The notes under the pieces were generated by a model that did no database searches, was not told where the DNA came from, and was given only the letters and a program-made list of their open reading frames with translations. A program made the translations under genes and the position numbers. Positions 47,237 through 55,530 of a DNA stretch of 64,000 bases are shown piece by piece. Within the stretch, counting starts at the first letter, position 1. Each line of letters starts with the position of its first letter. This stretch comes from a virus. The stretch is taken from the IMG/VR virus record IMGVR_UViG_3300042991_000483, positions 7,299 to 71,298 of that record; one strand, given 5' to 3'.

Positions 47237-47788
47237 ATGCCGGAACAGACCTCCCCCATCACAGATTTCTTCGTAGACGCCTCTGTCTACCCTCTCACCG
47301 TTCCCTACTTCCTCAGTAAGACTCTCGAAGTAGATAACGCCGGTTTCGATCTCAGGGCTTGCGACATGACGAACCTAGACACCGGCATGGAATGCAAGCC
47401 CGTGCGCGGGCTTAATTGGGGCATGCGCACCCTCTTTGAATCGGAGGAGTTGGGAAGCGAGCACTTGCATATGGAACCTCTAACTCCTTACATTATCAAC
47501 ACCGGCATCAAAGCCTCCATCCCAAAAGGCTACTACGGAGACGTCTGTCTTCGTTCTTCATCCAAAAAGAGAGTGGCAATGCCAGATCACGGTACGATAG
47601 ACTGCAACTACCGCGGTCATATCAAACTCGTCATCTTCTCCTACTTCCCCCTCTACATACAAAAGTACGCTAGGGTGGGTCAGATGAAGATAGTTCCGTA
47701 TCTGAAGTCTTATGGGTTTGTAGACGATCCGCTGTCTCTACTGGAGACGAGCCGAGGCGCTTCCGGGTTTGGGGAATATACTGCCTGA
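47237..47788 (+). CDS. dut: Trimeric dUTPase
   Basis: AGFDL, TGI, RSS, GTIDCNYRG, Q and RGASGFG motifs. Confidence 0.92.
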   Translation: MPEQTSPITDFFVDASVYPLTVPYFLSKTLEVDNAGFDLRACDMTNLDTGMECKPVRGLNWGMRTLFESEELGSEHLHMEPLTPYIINTGIKASIPKGYYGDVCLRSSSKKRVAMPDHGTIDCNYRGHIKLVIFSYFPLYIQKYARVGQMKIVPYLKSYGFVDDPLSLLETSRGASGFGEYTA

Positions 47789-47800
47789 CCGGAGGAAGGC

Positions 47801-48322
47801 ATGGATATCTCAGACACAGTTCTCTTAGAAATAGGCGCACCCCCGAAAGAGCTAGAGTCCATTATCGCTCCCGCAGTAGCGAATCCGAAGAAGGACATGA
47901 TCGTCGTAGATAACGAAGACTTCGAAGTCCGCTTCGACCTCTGGGGAGATACCTACCGCTTCAACTGGATCATCAATAGAACTGCCAAGTACCGCGGGGC
48001 AGATATCTTCCACGCTCTCATCACGGCAGTGGAGATGGCGTACGGCGCTAAACCTATCACCACTTCCGCCGAGAAAGGCTACGACGAACAAGCGAAAAAA
48101 GACTTGAACGGCTACTACACGATGCTGAGATGGGGGTTCATCCCCGACAAAGGCGTGAAGATGTTCAACGCCCTCCTCGGAGAAACCTACCCCACAATGG
48201 AGGCGGCGTTCAAAGACTCCTCGTTCTGGAAGAATTGGCGGGACTACGGTTCTAGCTATACCGGAGTCTTCGATATGACTCCTGGGTCTCTGTCTTGGGA
48301 CTTGCTAGAGAAGAAAATTTGA
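47801..48322 (+). CDS. Hypothetical protein
   Basis: 173 aa with SD GGAGG. Confidence 0.7.
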   Translation: MDISDTVLLEIGAPPKELESIIAPAVANPKKDMIVVDNEDFEVRFDLWGDTYRFNWIINRTAKYRGADIFHALITAVEMAYGAKPITTSAEKGYDEQAKKDLNGYYTMLRWGFIPDKGVKMFNALLGETYPTMEAAFKDSSFWKNWRDYGSSYTGVFDMTPGSLSWDLLEKKI

Positions 48323-48362
48323 CCCTATCTCTGGAACGTGTGTTAGACTCGGAGTCCTGGAG

Positions 48363-49064
48363 GTGTTGATGCCGATATACTTGGTGAATAAAACCCACTA
48401 CGATTCCAAGCTATTGAAGGACGTTTTCACTTTCGCCGCTAGGAAGATGAAGGTTAAGGGAGTGGTGGCAGTCTGCGTCACTGAGACCAAGTACAATTCC
48501 TGCTACGGCACCGCCTACAAAGGCTCTCCTCCGAGGCAATGGAAGCGTAGAGGCAAGCCTCTTCCGAGGGCTTATGTTCGGTTTCGGATCCCGAAACCGG
48601 AGATGTTCCCAAAATATCACAACCTCACTGAGGAAGATCTGATAAAGGTCCGAAAGCCTTTTAACCTCCTTCACGTAGCCTTGCATGAGATGAGCCACAT
48701 CTTCGACGATAGGAAGCCTTTCTCTTTCCTACCAAGGAGATGCGAGGTAGATAACAACATCGTCAGCTACTTCGGCAGACCGATGGACGAATCCGGAAGC
48801 CCTCACCGTCATAGGAAGCGCATTGCCCACGACAAGCGCCCGTGTGAGGTTATGGCTGAGAACAGGGTCTACGACGTCTGCCAAAACAGTTCAAACAGGA
48901 AACGGATACTAGAACTCAACAACGTCGTACTTGAAGAAGCGGAGGGGTTGAGAAAATGCCGAGCTACCAAATCTACGAAGCCCACTACAAATTCACCAAA
49001 GCGCAAAAGAAAATGCGAATCACGCCGGACATCGTCTCAGAAGCAAAGGCGAGGTTCGGCTTAA
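48363..49064 (+). CDS. Hypothetical protein with zincin HExxH motif
   Basis: ALHEMSH..PCE; follows a TATCTC-N9-TGTTAGACT promoter-like motif. Confidence 0.6.
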   Translation: MLMPIYLVNKTHYDSKLLKDVFTFAARKMKVKGVVAVCVTETKYNSCYGTAYKGSPPRQWKRRGKPLPRAYVRFRIPKPEMFPKYHNLTEEDLIKVRKPFNLLHVALHEMSHIFDDRKPFSFLPRRCEVDNNIVSYFGRPMDESGSPHRHRKRIAHDKRPCEVMAENRVYDVCQNSSNRKRILELNNVVLEEAEGLRKCRATKSTKPTTNSPKRKRKCESRRTSSQKQRRGSA

Positions 49065-49243
49065 TCGTCGCCTCGCAGCTTGAACGAGATATGCAGACTC
49101 AGTTCTCATTATGGGATTCGGCATCCATGATTGAGCAGGGTTGGGATTACTTTCAAGCCTATGAGTTTGTGCCTCCAGTCTGCGAATGGGCGAAATGGAC
49201 GTTTAAGAGGCTCGGGTATGTTGAAGACGTGGGTCAGGCGTAG
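48956..49243 (+). CDS. Hypothetical protein
   Basis: 95 aa with SD GGAGG. Confidence 0.55.
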   Translation: MPSYQIYEAHYKFTKAQKKMRITPDIVSEAKARFGLIVASQLERDMQTQFSLWDSASMIEQGWDYFQAYEFVPPVCEWAKWTFKRLGYVEDVGQA

Positions 49244-49550
49244 CGTCTGGGATTTTCGTTGCGGTAGGCACAGCAACATCCCCAGCTGCTGCATGATCTG
49301 GTTTATTCTGGTCTGGCCCTTCGTTTTTAGGTTTGGGTCTGCGAACTCGTATTGGGAGAGGATAAATAGGCTCCGAGGCGGTGGCGTAGACTACGTCGTC
49401 TGCCCCTTGTGTCTGGCTCTTGGTAGGGTTGTGGACGTTAGGGACTGCGAGAAATCTTACTGCGAGTGTTCCCGACGACAAGTAGTAGAATATACCCAAC
49501 AGGAGAATAGCGGATGTGGAAAACGGAGATGGTTCCCAGGGAAGTCGTGA
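49218..49550 (+). CDS. Cys-rich hypothetical protein
   Basis: GRHSNIPSCC..YVVCPLC; SD GAGG. Confidence 0.5.
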   Translation: MLKTWVRRSVWDFRCGRHSNIPSCCMIWFILVWPFVFRFGSANSYWERINRLRGGGVDYVVCPLCLALGRVVDVRDCEKSYCECSRRQVVEYTQQENSGCGKRRWFPGKS

Positions 49551-49747
49551 TTGATGTTATCTGCGACCGATGCCAAAAGAGTACTACTTACGAAGAAGAA
49601 TGCGGTCCCGATTACGCTACTTTAGATGCACACTGGGGTTTTGGTTCTTCACGGGACGGAGACAAAGTCGAATTACATCTTTGCGATACCTGCTGTGGGG
49701 TCGTAGAGGCATTCATAAGAAAAGGTGGTCATGCCAATGAAACCTAA
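49514..49747 (+). CDS. Small zinc-finger protein
   Basis: CDRC..WGFGSSRDG..LCDTC. Confidence 0.7.
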   Translation: MWKTEMVPREVVIDVICDRCQKSTTYEEECGPDYATLDAHWGFGSSRDGDKVELHLCDTCCGVVEAFIRKGGHANET

Positions 49748-50477
49748 GATTCCGAAAGACGTGAAGGGCGCCCTCCTGGACCTTTACTACAATGGCAACG
49801 ACAGGGACACGCAGATACTTGCTGGTATCGTCTTGGAACTCTTCAAGAAGATGCAAGGCGGAGTCATGAAGGAGTCTCACATAACCAGAGGAGCAGACGG
49901 GTCCGAACATTCTCTTCCAGGTCGATCTCAGACTCCCCATCGAGTAGTGACGACTGTCACCACAGGTCCTGTCGGTCCGGAAGATGAGGACGAGCCGGAT
50001 CAGTTTATCAACCACTACCGATGCCCATACGACGGTACGGAATGGGATGACGCTTCTCCATACACGAACAACGACCGTTGTCCGGAGTGCAATAAAGAGA
50101 TCGAGCCCTATGACTCCGAAGGCATAACCGATATCTCTGAGACCACATTTACTCCTGGCGGCAAGAAACTAACGGAGAACACCATCAGAGGCAAGGGGGC
50201 TTCTGGTGAGGGCGAGTGGGTAGAAGGTACTTTTGACTCAGAGGGGCGTACCTACTTCTTCCAGGCGAAGGTCTACGGCGAGAGAAGTGAGCAGTATGGA
50301 GTACTAAAGTCTGCTGTTTCCAAACTCGTGGTCTGTGATGGCTCCCGCTGGGACTCTCGTACTATCCTCTACGATTACGACAGAGGCGTCATCATGGACT
50401 CGCTGGACGACGACCTCCTTCGTGATATTATCACGTACATCGAAACTGAGTCTGGCGTTCTACTCGGGGAGGAATAA
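49725..50477 (+). CDS. Multi-domain hypothetical protein
   Basis: Zn ribbon CPYD..CPEC and a C-terminal AKVY..SKL..YDRG domain. Confidence 0.7.
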   Translation: MVMPMKPKIPKDVKGALLDLYYNGNDRDTQILAGIVLELFKKMQGGVMKESHITRGADGSEHSLPGRSQTPHRVVTTVTTGPVGPEDEDEPDQFINHYRCPYDGTEWDDASPYTNNDRCPECNKEIEPYDSEGITDISETTFTPGGKKLTENTIRGKGASGEGEWVEGTFDSEGRTYFFQAKVYGERSEQYGVLKSAVSKLVVCDGSRWDSRTILYDYDRGVIMDSLDDDLLRDIITYIETESGVLLGEE

Positions 50478-50480
50478 GCT

Positions 50481-51227
50481 ATGGAATTCAATGCAGAAGA
50501 ACTCGCAGGGTTAGAGCCTAGAGAAGCCGGTGCTTATGTCAAGCAGTTCGTAACAGAAGCGACAAAGTATTGGAGCTTCTACGAACCCTACGACGACTTG
50601 GACATGAGTGACGCCGGATTGAAGGAGAGGTCTCACGCCCTTCTAGAGTCCAGGCTCTCTGAGATGACCGACTTCTTCGTGGACAACTACTTTGGCGCAG
50701 ACGACGACGCCCGAACCTTTGAGGAGCACACCGGCGTTCCCTTCGAGGAACTGAGTGACGACGGTGGGGACAACACCTACAACTGGTCCTGGCTTTACCC
50801 TTCGGATTTGAACTTCAAGAACTACTCCACTCCTGATGGACAGAAGATCCTAGAAATTAGGATCCACCTCGGCGGCGATGTCAGAGGCAACTACGGCGGC
50901 GGTTACTACAAAATCTTCGCTGGGGACGAAGAAGATGAGTCTATGCAGTACATCTACGACCTTACCCAAGGCTCCATGTCCGTCAATATGAAATTCAGCG
51001 ACGGCTCTTCCATCAGCTTCAGCGGCGAACAGGCATCGGATATAGAATCCTACGAAGTCGCGAACGTCGCCGGATACGATACCAAGCAGCCCGGACTTTT
51101 CAATCCTGATGAGGGTAACGCTGAGGGTGGGATCGCGTATGCTGTAGAAGAAGCCTTCTCCGGTTTCCGAAAAGGCGGCCGAGGCTATGAAGGTGACGAG
51201 TTCGTGAACGAGATCGTGGAGGACTAA
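50481..51227 (+). CDS. Acidic hypothetical protein
   Basis: 248 aa; IHLGGDVRGNY motif. Confidence 0.7.
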   Translation: MEFNAEELAGLEPREAGAYVKQFVTEATKYWSFYEPYDDLDMSDAGLKERSHALLESRLSEMTDFFVDNYFGADDDARTFEEHTGVPFEELSDDGGDNTYNWSWLYPSDLNFKNYSTPDGQKILEIRIHLGGDVRGNYGGGYYKIFAGDEEDESMQYIYDLTQGSMSVNMKFSDGSSISFSGEQASDIESYEVANVAGYDTKQPGLFNPDEGNAEGGIAYAVEEAFSGFRKGGRGYEGDEFVNEIVED

Positions 51228-51392
51228 CGCGAGATGAAGGCTCCAATCTAATAGTCCGAAACCAAAACAAATAACGGCAAAGACGACCCTTCAGGAGGTG
51301 AGTACGGGTCTGTCTAGGTCGCTTCGCTATATAAAGAAGTGCGGAACAGCGGAGTTTGCTCAACTAAACCCTTTTAATGGAGGTAACACACG

Positions 51393-51983
51393 ATGAAGAA
51401 GATTCTAATCGCAATCGTCACCGCCCTCATGCTCGCCACCGGCGTCCTCGCCTCTGGCACGGCCCCCGTCAATCCCATGTCCGTCGCCGTAGGCCCCACC
51501 TACTTCACCGTCCAGAACTTCGTAGCTGAAGCCGGATATGACGTCAATCTCCAGTCCAGTACTGGTGTCGCCGTCAACTTCAGCTACCCCCTTAGCACTC
51601 ACTTCAGCGCGTACCCGAGTGTGAATGTCGCCTGGAACAAGATCTCCAACCCCCTCGCTAACAAGGCAGACGCCACTTTCACCACTGTTGATTTCGATAT
51701 CAAGTACACTTTCAACCCCGGACAGACGACCGAGTTCTACCTCGTAGGTGGTCCGACTTGGTTCAACAGCCACTACAGTAATGACCTTGCTGGATACTCC
51801 GGCAACAACCTCACCTTTAATGTTGGTGGCGGCGTCCAGTTCCCGTTCTTCTACCCCAAGCTGAAACTCCTGACCGAGGCGAAGTACTACTACGTCCCAC
51901 AGACGGCGTTTCCTCTCGCTCTTCAAGGTACTACAGGGTACAATGCCTGGAATGTAAGCGCACTTCTTTCTTGGAAGTTCTAA
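51393..51983 (+). CDS. Outer-membrane beta-barrel protein (OmpW/Ail/Lom-like)
   Basis: Signal peptide MKKILIAIV..VLA, amphipathic strands and C-terminal LSWKF. Confidence 0.85.
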   Translation: MKKILIAIVTALMLATGVLASGTAPVNPMSVAVGPTYFTVQNFVAEAGYDVNLQSSTGVAVNFSYPLSTHFSAYPSVNVAWNKISNPLANKADATFTTVDFDIKYTFNPGQTTEFYLVGGPTWFNSHYSNDLAGYSGNNLTFNVGGGVQFPFFYPKLKLLTEAKYYYVPQTAFPLALQGTTGYNAWNVSALLSWKF

Positions 51984-52012
51984 CCCAAGACTCCGCTAGT
52001 TTCCCACCCTCG

Positions 52013-52044
52013 ACTGGGCGTCCTCATTGGGCGCCCAGTTTTTT
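52013..52044 (+). terminator. Intrinsic terminator
   Basis: actgggcgtcc-tcatt-gggcgcccagt followed by T6. Confidence 0.8.
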
Positions 52045-52075
52045 GTCGCTATCTCCGAGACGGTATGGTATACTC

Positions 52076-52260
52076 TCGCCGTGGTGGAGATGAACCCAAA
52101 CGCTGAAAAAGGCCGAGGCAACTTCTCCTCCACTGGGCCCGACCACGCCATAAACGTGGAAGGGGGTGAACCGAAGACCTCGTTAAGTCCGAGCGGTAGA
52201 GGTCAAGCGAAGCCGAGGGGTGGGTCGCAGACAGCGACCTAATTCCTCCCCCTGGAGGAT
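52076..52260 (+). ncRNA. Unclassified multi-hairpin RNA candidate
   Basis: Follows a TGGTATACT promoter; stems gtgg..ag/ctccac, ccacg/cgtgg, gacctc/gaggtc, ggtcgc/gcgacc and tcctcc/ggagga. Confidence 0.4.
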
Positions 52261-52330
52261 ACGATAAGGATTTCGTCGAGAATATACGCTATATAAATAG
52301 GTGGTACTGGACCACCGAGGAGAACAGAAG

Positions 52331-52405
52331 ATGAAGACCATGTCCTACGCAGCTATTTATTGGTTTAATGCGAATGCCAATGCCCTTTGGAGGCTGCTGG
52401 TCTAA
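52331..52405 (+). CDS. Leader peptide 1, MKTMSYAAIYWFNANANALWRLLV
   Basis: SD GAGGAG 8 nt upstream; 24 codons; overlaps the antiterminator arm. Confidence 0.8.
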   Translation: MKTMSYAAIYWFNANANALWRLLV

Positions 52406-52464
52406 GTCCATCTCTACCCCAGACCAACACAACCTCCGAGGGCGACTTCGGAGGTTTTCGTTTT
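52389..52464 (+). promoter_or_regulatory. Attenuator 1 (antiterminator/terminator)
   Basis: ggagg..tggtct pairs with agacca..cctcc and is mutually exclusive with terminator aacctccgag/ttcggaggtt plus T-run. Confidence 0.8.
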
Positions 52465-52471
52465 GGAGGAG

Positions 52472-52696
52472 ATGATGCCAGTGTCAGAGAAGGTGTTTAG
52501 GCTACAGACGAAGTTGATGCAGTGCGAACATATCCTACAAGCACTGGCGGAAATGCACCATGACTTAGTAGAGGAAGCGGAGACTTTGATAGCAGTCTTG
52601 GAAAGGGAAGGGTTAGGAAGTTTCAGTACCAGCGTCGCCTACAGATCGGAGATGCTGAAGCGAATGCTAGAAGAGCATAAGGAGAAGATGAGTTAA
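52472..52696 (+). CDS. Small helical hypothetical protein, first gene after attenuator 1
   Basis: SD GGAGGAG. Confidence 0.6.
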   Translation: MMPVSEKVFRLQTKLMQCEHILQALAEMHHDLVEEAETLIAVLEREGLGSFSTSVAYRSEMLKRMLEEHKEKMS

Positions 52697-52703
52697 GACA
52701 TGC

Positions 52704-52786
52704 TGTGAGGACCCCGTTGGGTGGGGCTGAGGCTGTTAACCTCACGCTGAAAAGCAGATAGGGTTCGATTCCCTACCTCACAGCCA
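52704..52786 (+). tRNA. tRNA with GTT anticodon (Asn) and long variable arm
   Basis: tgtgagg/cctcaca-G-CCA; tgagg-ctGTTaa-cctca; gct-gaaa-agc arm; TTCGATT loop. Confidence 0.75.
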
Positions 52787-52789
52787 AAC

Positions 52790-52864
52790 GGAGCGTTAGT
52801 TCAATGGTAGAACGCGGGGTCTGTTAAACCCACGACGAAGGTCCGATTCCTTCACGCTTCGCCA
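52790..52864 (+). tRNA. tRNA-Asn(GTT)
   Basis: ggagcgt/acgcttc-G-CCA; gggt-ctGTTaa-accc. Confidence 0.85.
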
Positions 52865-52978
52865 ATTTTTTAATAAGGTCACCGGGGCAACCAAGTAGAT
52901 GACGCCACATCGTGTGGCTAAGGATAAGGTCAGTGTTCGATATGTGGGAGGTGACGTTACAGAACAAACAGTACTAAT

Positions 52979-53074
52979 GCCATCATTTCCCCTCAACCGG
53001 CTGTAACCCGGTTGCCCGTTACCAATAAGAGGGGTCGGCTGGGCGTCCGGTTCGAATCCGCGATGGTGGCACCA
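52979..53074 (+). tRNA. tRNA-Tyr(GTA), D-arm-less rewired type
   Basis: gccatca/tggtggc-A-CCA; aaccgg-ctGTAac-ccggtt; cccctc pairs with gagggg in the variable arm. Confidence 0.8.
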
Positions 53075-53076
53075 TT

Positions 53077-53152
53077 CTCTGTCTGGTGTAAGTGGTCTGC
53101 ACTGTAGCTCGAAACACTACGGGACTCCGTTCGATTCGGAGGGCAGAGGCCA
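53077..53152 (+). tRNA. tRNA with CGA anticodon (Ser-like), 9-nt loop and short variable region
   Basis: ctctgtc/ggcagag-G-CCA; gtag-ctCGAaaca-ctac. Confidence 0.65.
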
Positions 53153-53161
53153 AAGTTCTGT

Positions 53162-53235
53162 AGCCCTTTAGTTCAACATTAGAACAATGCTCTGATAAAG
53201 CATAGACTTCCGTGAGACTCGGAGAAGGGCTACCA
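53162..53235 (+). tRNA. tRNA-Ile(GAT)
   Basis: agccctt/aagggct-A-CCA; atgct-ctGATaa-agcat. Confidence 0.88.
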
Positions 53236-53244
53236 AACAATCAG

Positions 53245-53319
53245 GCTTCCTTCGTCTAGCTAGGAGGACTCCCGGCCGATTACCGGGGAACGCTGGGGCA
53301 GAGCCAGCAGGAAGTTCCA
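53245..53319 (+). tRNA. Atypical tRNA with GAT anticodon (Ile?)
   Basis: gcttcct/aggaagt-T-CCA; cccgg-ccGATta-ccggg; T-loop GGCAGAG. Confidence 0.65.
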
Positions 53320-53327
53320 AAATATGT

Positions 53328-53401
53328 GGGGTCGTCGTTCAACGGGAGGACACTACAATGGCATTGTAGGGATCGGGGTTCGATTCCCCGTGACTCCACC
53401 A
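53328..53401 (+). tRNA. tRNA-Ala(GGC)
   Basis: G3:U70; ctaca-atGGCat-tgtag; ACCA. Confidence 0.92.
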
Positions 53402-53408
53402 ACATAGT

Positions 53409-53484
53409 GGGGGCGCATGTACCAAGGGGGCGATGATGCCTCGCAAGCATCGTGCGGAGAGTTCGATTCTCTTCGTCTCCACCA
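53409..53484 (+). tRNA. tRNA-Ala(CGC)
   Basis: G3:U70; gatgc-ctCGCaa-gcatc; ACCA. Confidence 0.9.
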
Positions 53485-53494
53485 AAAGTTTTAT

Positions 53495-53568
53495 AGGTCC
53501 GTCGGTTAACAGAAGGCTCCTGGTCTCCAAAACCAGCAATCTCCGTGCAAATCGGAGCGGACCTGCCA
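53495..53568 (+). tRNA. tRNA-Trp(CCA)
   Basis: aggtccg/cggacct-G-CCA; ctggt-ctCCAaa-accag. Confidence 0.9.
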
Positions 53569-53574
53569 ATTTAT

Positions 53575-53650
53575 CCCAGGGTCGTCTAACACTTAGGACA
53601 CGCGCCTCCAAAGCGCGAAGGTGTGGGTGAAAATCCTACCTCTGGGGCCA
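53575..53650 (+). tRNA. tRNA-Trp(CCA), second copy
   Basis: cccaggg/ctctggg-G-CCA; cgcgc-ctCCAaa-gcgcg. Confidence 0.88.
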
Positions 53651-53865
53651 ACTCTTAGGAGGTTGCCTATGTCATCGCCAAACGCAAGTCCGAGTACTAC
53701 CACATACTCCTGACTAGGTTCAGTTCCGATATAGACAGGGACACGGCACTGGCGGAATGCAGGAGTAGGTGCTACACAAAACCCAATGTAGTAGAGGGTC
53801 TTGGCAACAAACTTCTGACACTTTCTGGTAAAGTCTTTCGCTCACCTGAGTCTTGCTTCGAGGCG

Positions 53866-54126
53866 ATGGACGGTATGGGAGTTGGCCTGGACCTGATCCG
53901 GTGCGAGGACTACATCACTCTCGGTCGCTACCTCTACGGGAAGCGGATGCTCAACGTCACCGTGACTCAGTGGATCGAGGACATGAACATCTACATCTTC
54001 TGGCCAGAACTCTTCCGCGAGTACCCGCGTTGGTTCTTAGAAACCTACCTCTCCCGGATTTGGACGGCGGAGATTGGGATGTGGTATGGCGCTTTCACTT
54101 CTGATCTCGCTATAAATAAGGAGTAG
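53866..54126 (+). CDS. Hypothetical protein (frame open back to 53659)
   Basis: Track ORF; the upstream extension has no in-frame ATG. Confidence 0.45.
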   Translation: MDGMGVGLDLIRCEDYITLGRYLYGKRMLNVTVTQWIEDMNIYIFWPELFREYPRWFLETYLSRIWTAEIGMWYGAFTSDLAINKE

Positions 54127-54253
54127 AGACGGAGCAGCATCTGCTGCGGGAAAGTTGGAGGAAGAGTTGGTAGCCCTTCCTTGGCATCTGCCAAAACGAA
54201 GAACGCCCGATGTCCTGCGCCAACAGCCGAAGGGACACGCCGTCTCTACCTCC
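54120..54253 (+). ncRNA. Unclassified rod-shaped RNA with possible pseudoknot
   Basis: gtagagacgg/ccgtctctac closing stem, nested ttggagg/cct..ccaa and ttggtag/ctgccaa; CGCTATAAATA just upstream. Confidence 0.55.
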
Positions 54254-54256
54254 ATA

Positions 54257-54388
54257 GGAACCTGGGCTGGTGTACGAGACGATCAGAAATGGCATTCCCT
54301 GCTAGTAGCCCCTCCTGTTACGAGGGAGCCCGGTATAGGGGGTAGGGAGGAGTGGGTGGCGAATCGAGACTCCCACGCCCGCGTTCCA
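54257..54388 (+). ncRNA. Enlarged tRNA-like RNA (GTT loop, CCA end)
   Basis: gaac..gggc/gccc..gttc ends; ccctc-ctGTTac-gaggg; tccctgc/gtaggga; gtggg/cccac arm. Confidence 0.5.
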
Positions 54389-54610
54389 AATTCTTTCGCT
54401 ATCTCTGAGGGAGTGTGGTAGAATGTATCTGACCGGATCCATGCCGCAGGGCAGTGGGTTAATGAGAGAGGGTTCTCCGGGCGCTTCACCTAACGTAAAC
54501 GAACCCTCGTCACGGAGATTGTGAAAGGGACGCAATCCCGTTCCCACAAGGTACTTAATCGGCAACGCCGGTAGCCTTCCCTCACCGGCACTTCTTCTAC
54601 GGAGGCAAGT

Positions 54611-55027
54611 ATGAAGTTCACCAAGCTCAATTACGTCAAGAGGGGAGAGGTTACGAAGGCTATCCGTCAATCTTGTCCCACCGCCTCTTTTCCAAAAGAC
54701 CAAAACAAAGCCACCGTGACGGTTTGGTTGCAGGATGAGGACCTTCCAGCATTAGATGCTGTCGCTAACTCCTTCGGTCTCCCCAAGCCTTTTCATCCCC
54801 ACTGTAGTGAGACATATAGTAGGGTTAGGGATGTCTGGCTCTTCAAAGATGATGCTAATCTTGCTGCATACGAAGAAGAGTGGGCACAAGTTCGGGCCAA
54901 GGAGAACGCTAGGCTGAGGAAAGAGCGGGACGAGGAGAGGGCATGGTACAAGTCTCAGGGTCGGGAAATACCATCATACCTGATGTGGGCGATTAGCCCA
55001 GCGGAGGCATATTGTTTAGGCGCATAG
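54611..55027 (+). CDS. Hypothetical protein
   Basis: 138 aa with SD GGAGG. Confidence 0.7.
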   Translation: MKFTKLNYVKRGEVTKAIRQSCPTASFPKDQNKATVTVWLQDEDLPALDAVANSFGLPKPFHPHCSETYSRVRDVWLFKDDANLAAYEEEWAQVRAKENARLRKERDEERAWYKSQGREIPSYLMWAISPAEAYCLGA

Positions 55028-55455
55028 AATTGATCACGGTCACCGACTACCGAGAGATCGCCAAGGAGATGAAAGCCAACGGCTGGACCCCCTCTGACTT
55101 CATCGCCGAACTGGCTCAATCCGGCGAGAGGGAGTGGTTAAAATCAGGACTCTGCTTCAACGGATGCGACATGGCCGTCTTTGACTCCTGGGTAGACAGA
55201 CTCGAAGAAGGCATCACGAATAAGCATAGGGGCGTCCCGAATAAGAACGGGAGGTTCTACTTCACAGAAGAGGGCTGGAACAGGGTTGGACGGTATGCTG
55301 TTGCAGCTTGTATTAAGACCGGGACACAGTACCGTGTGCTGAAGGTCAAAGAGAAGGAGATGGATGTTATATTTCGCGGTGCCTACGAGGTCATGCTGAG
55401 ACCGAAGAAGAAGCGTAGGGATCGCAAAGAAGATCAGCGACTGAGTCAAGATTAG
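55012..55455 (+). CDS. Hypothetical protein
   Basis: 147 aa; RFYFTEEGW; SD GGAGG. Confidence 0.7.
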   Translation: MFRRIELITVTDYREIAKEMKANGWTPSDFIAELAQSGEREWLKSGLCFNGCDMAVFDSWVDRLEEGITNKHRGVPNKNGRFYFTEEGWNRVGRYAVAACIKTGTQYRVLKVKEKEMDVIFRGAYEVMLRPKKKRRDRKEDQRLSQD

Positions 55456-55526
55456 GGCCTATGGCGTAATTAGGAACGCATCGCCCCTGCAAGGCGAAGT
55501 CCCCGGGGCGGAGCCGGGTAGGTCCA
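55455..55526 (+). tRNA. tRNA-Ala(TGC), CCA not encoded
   Basis: gggccta/taggtcc-A with G3:U70; tcgcc-ccTGCaa-ggcga; T-loop GGCGGAG. Confidence 0.8.
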
Positions 55527-55530
55527 CAGG

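Noticed and set aside
52878-52955. Additional tRNA
   Set aside because: gtcacc/ggtgac and gccaca/tgtggc stems are present, but there is no T-stem, 7-nt anticodon loop or CCA; at most a degenerate relic
54520-54550. c-di-GMP-I riboswitch (GAAA..GGGACGCAA)
   Set aside because: The GGCAAAC P2 stem and P3 receptor are not present in the expected arrangement
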